Below are positions 62,041-64,000 of a DNA stretch of 64,000 nucleotides, in pieces. Each line of letters begins with the position of its first letter. The first letter of the stretch is position 1. A program made the translations under genes and the position numbers. Under the pieces are notes generated by a model that was not told where the DNA came from, did not search any database, and saw only the letters and a list, made by a program, of their open reading frames with translations. The stretch spans positions 62,001 to 126,000 of the forward strand of contig FLMG01002522.1 of the NCBI GenBank assembly GCA_900088475.1, written 5' to 3'. The DNA comes from Hyphochytrium catenoides (Eukaryota; Protista; Hyphochytriomycota).

Positions 62041-62649
62041 GGCAGCTGTAGGCTATAAAGGCAGGCAGGACTCCAGTATGAGAGAGTGGGTTGAAAGAAC
62101 TCGTTTCCTTCCTCACTGATGAGAAGAGATGAGCAACGCAGCTTGTGAAGAGTGAGGCGGGATGACAGGGAATAAACTGACTGCAGCGATGATAGTAGCA
62201 GAAAGGCAGCAAAGGTGAAAGAAAGAAAGAAGGGTTGAGAATAATATCTCTAACTCGTCCATTGGCTCTTCAGTCTGAAAACGTAATATCCTCGTCATTC
62301 TCTTGTCCAACGAGAAATCCCTTTCAGCACGCTTTAACATCCCCAAGAGTCCAAGGCTGCTCTTCCGTTCCCATCCTTTACCTTGGTCATTGGTGCCTGT
62401 AGCAGTCCCCTGTCTAGAAGACAAGGGGAAAAAGCCAGCCAAATAGTCCTTCTTTTCTTGTTGATCATCGATGGATATCGAAGGATAGGCCTCTATAGAG
62501 CTAGGTCTAGCTCCTAACAAAATCCATAGCTTCAGCCTGCTGCCGCTATCGTAGCTATGCGCTGCCTGCAGCTTTCTTTGCAGAAACGAAGCAAAGAAAA
62601 AGCCAAAACGGTGTATGACCACCTGAGTGCAGCATAACATTCCCTAGAT

Positions 62650-63882
62650 ATGGAGGAAGAAGGGAGCAAGAGTCTGGCCTCCCTTCCTGGACTTATAGAG
62701 GCACAACAGGCTGGAGGACTCCAGTTGCTCTTGATGCAGACGCTGTCAGATGCGCCTCTCTTACTTAGAGCGCTATCAGCCTCAGCACAGCGTTGCCAAC
62801 AGTTGCGTGATGGTCTTGACGTCAAGATAGAGGAGAAGCGGGAAGACGATCACCACCAGGAGTCCGGAGGGCGACCAGGAAAGCAAACAACACAACAAGG
62901 AGAAGAGCTGCCGGAACAACGTATAACCTATTGCTCAGAAGAAGAAGGAAAAGGAGGGAAACAGGAACTCAGGAGTCAGCCACAAGGTGTCGAGGATGAA
63001 CCTGCAACCTCCGTAGGAAGGATGCCTGCCGAAAGGGAGAGAGTCCATGGAGAAGAAACAGAAAGACAATGTTACCGGCCCCAGCAATATTCACAGTCAA
63101 TGGCTCGCCATGGTGATGAGGCAGCAGGAGCTGGAGCGGAAGATTCTTCTTCCTCATTCCTCTCTACCCTGACAAACGATATAGCTTCTCCATACTTTTC
63201 TTCCTCCTCAGCTTGCTGCTGCGCGCTGGCCGTGGTTCAAGTTTACCGCTTCGCATGTCAGAGAGAGGAAAGGGCTTTGCATTTTCTTTATGACGCAGAA
63301 CTGTTCAAGTCGCTCTTTGCTGTTCTCTCTGCGCACGGCAACATCACAGAGACAGAAGACAGGGAGACATTCGCGCATGTCTTACAGCTTCTTCTACTTC
63401 TCTACGGTTCAAGATCACTCTCCGTTGGGGCGCAAGGTGCCGATCTAACAAGTTGCATTGTATCTCTCTTGCAAGATCCTCTTCTTCGATGTCTTTTTTG
63501 CTTTGACGTGATCCCTCTCACCTTCTGCCTCCCGAAAGTTTACAGTGCTTACATAGCCAAAATGTTCTCTCGCTATATCTTCTACCAAGCGTCTCTTCTT
63601 GCGCTCTCTCTGTCTTTCCATTTCGGTCCTCATGGCCCAGCTTTTCGTCCGATATGGCTTGACATGCAACTATCTCAGGACTGAAAGTGAAGAGAAACCT
63701 GAGGGCGATTCTAGAACCCGATGGGCGATCTGCGCTGGCTATCGCGTCATGCCTCCGACAGCTCCTTGACGAGAAGAAGAGGCACCAGGGGACTTTGCAC
63801 GACGATAGTGTTCTTATCCTCACGGAGAGAAGCTGCAGAGTATTAAGTCTTTGTCTCAGGCTGCCTGGTGGCCGTCTCAACA
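62650..63882 (+). CDS. Partial helical (ARM/HEAT-like?) protein, continues beyond the window
   Basis: 344-codon ORF with Leu-rich amphipathic helices. It probably splices (donor ~63437, acceptor ~63678) to LKVKRNLRAILEPDGRSALAIASCLRQLL, which ends at a GTAAGT donor near 63883. Family not recognised. Confidence 0.5.
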
Positions 63883-64000
63883 GTAAGTAGTCCTCGAGAG
63901 GAGCGACGGGATTTGAGAGTACAACCCATTTTCCGCTCAAAGGTTAAAGAGGGGGATAGAGAATAATGTAAAGCGGATGGCAACCTGACAAAAGCAGCGG

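Noticed and set aside
62113-62640. 175-aa minus-strand ORF head-to-head with the 62650 gene
   Set aside because: No recognisable motif and only 10 bp from the opposite ATG; not enough support to call a CDS.

Overview
Intron-rich eukaryotic (protist) nuclear DNA, about 50% GC, standard genetic code, GT-AG introns of roughly 50-450 nt. A flagellated stramenopile-like host is inferred only from gene content. I rebuilt about 16 spliced protein genes by hand: acyl-CoA oxidase, a TPR-glycosyltransferase, a KNL2/Mis18BP1-like protein, an RMD1/DUF155 protein, a PH-PH-inositol 5-phosphatase-3x cyclic-nucleotide-binding fusion, a PAP2 lipid phosphatase, a NACHT-like NTPase with an ODA-docking-like coiled coil, an orphan coiled-coil protein, glucose-6-phosphate 1-epimerase, an F-box protein, NDUFB7, PIG-A, CTF4/WDHD1, a multi-TM RGS protein and a partial helical protein. 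There are also two tandem tRNA-Leu(UAG) genes, a probable decayed Mutator-like transposase, microsatellites and five N gaps. The best candidate for an undescribed system is the splice-consistent PH-PH-5-phosphatase-cNMP x3 gene (18499-27186), a possible cyclic-nucleotide-gated phosphoinositide phosphatase, lying head-to-head with a PAP2 lipid phosphatase. Gene ends are manual estimates and no database search was run.
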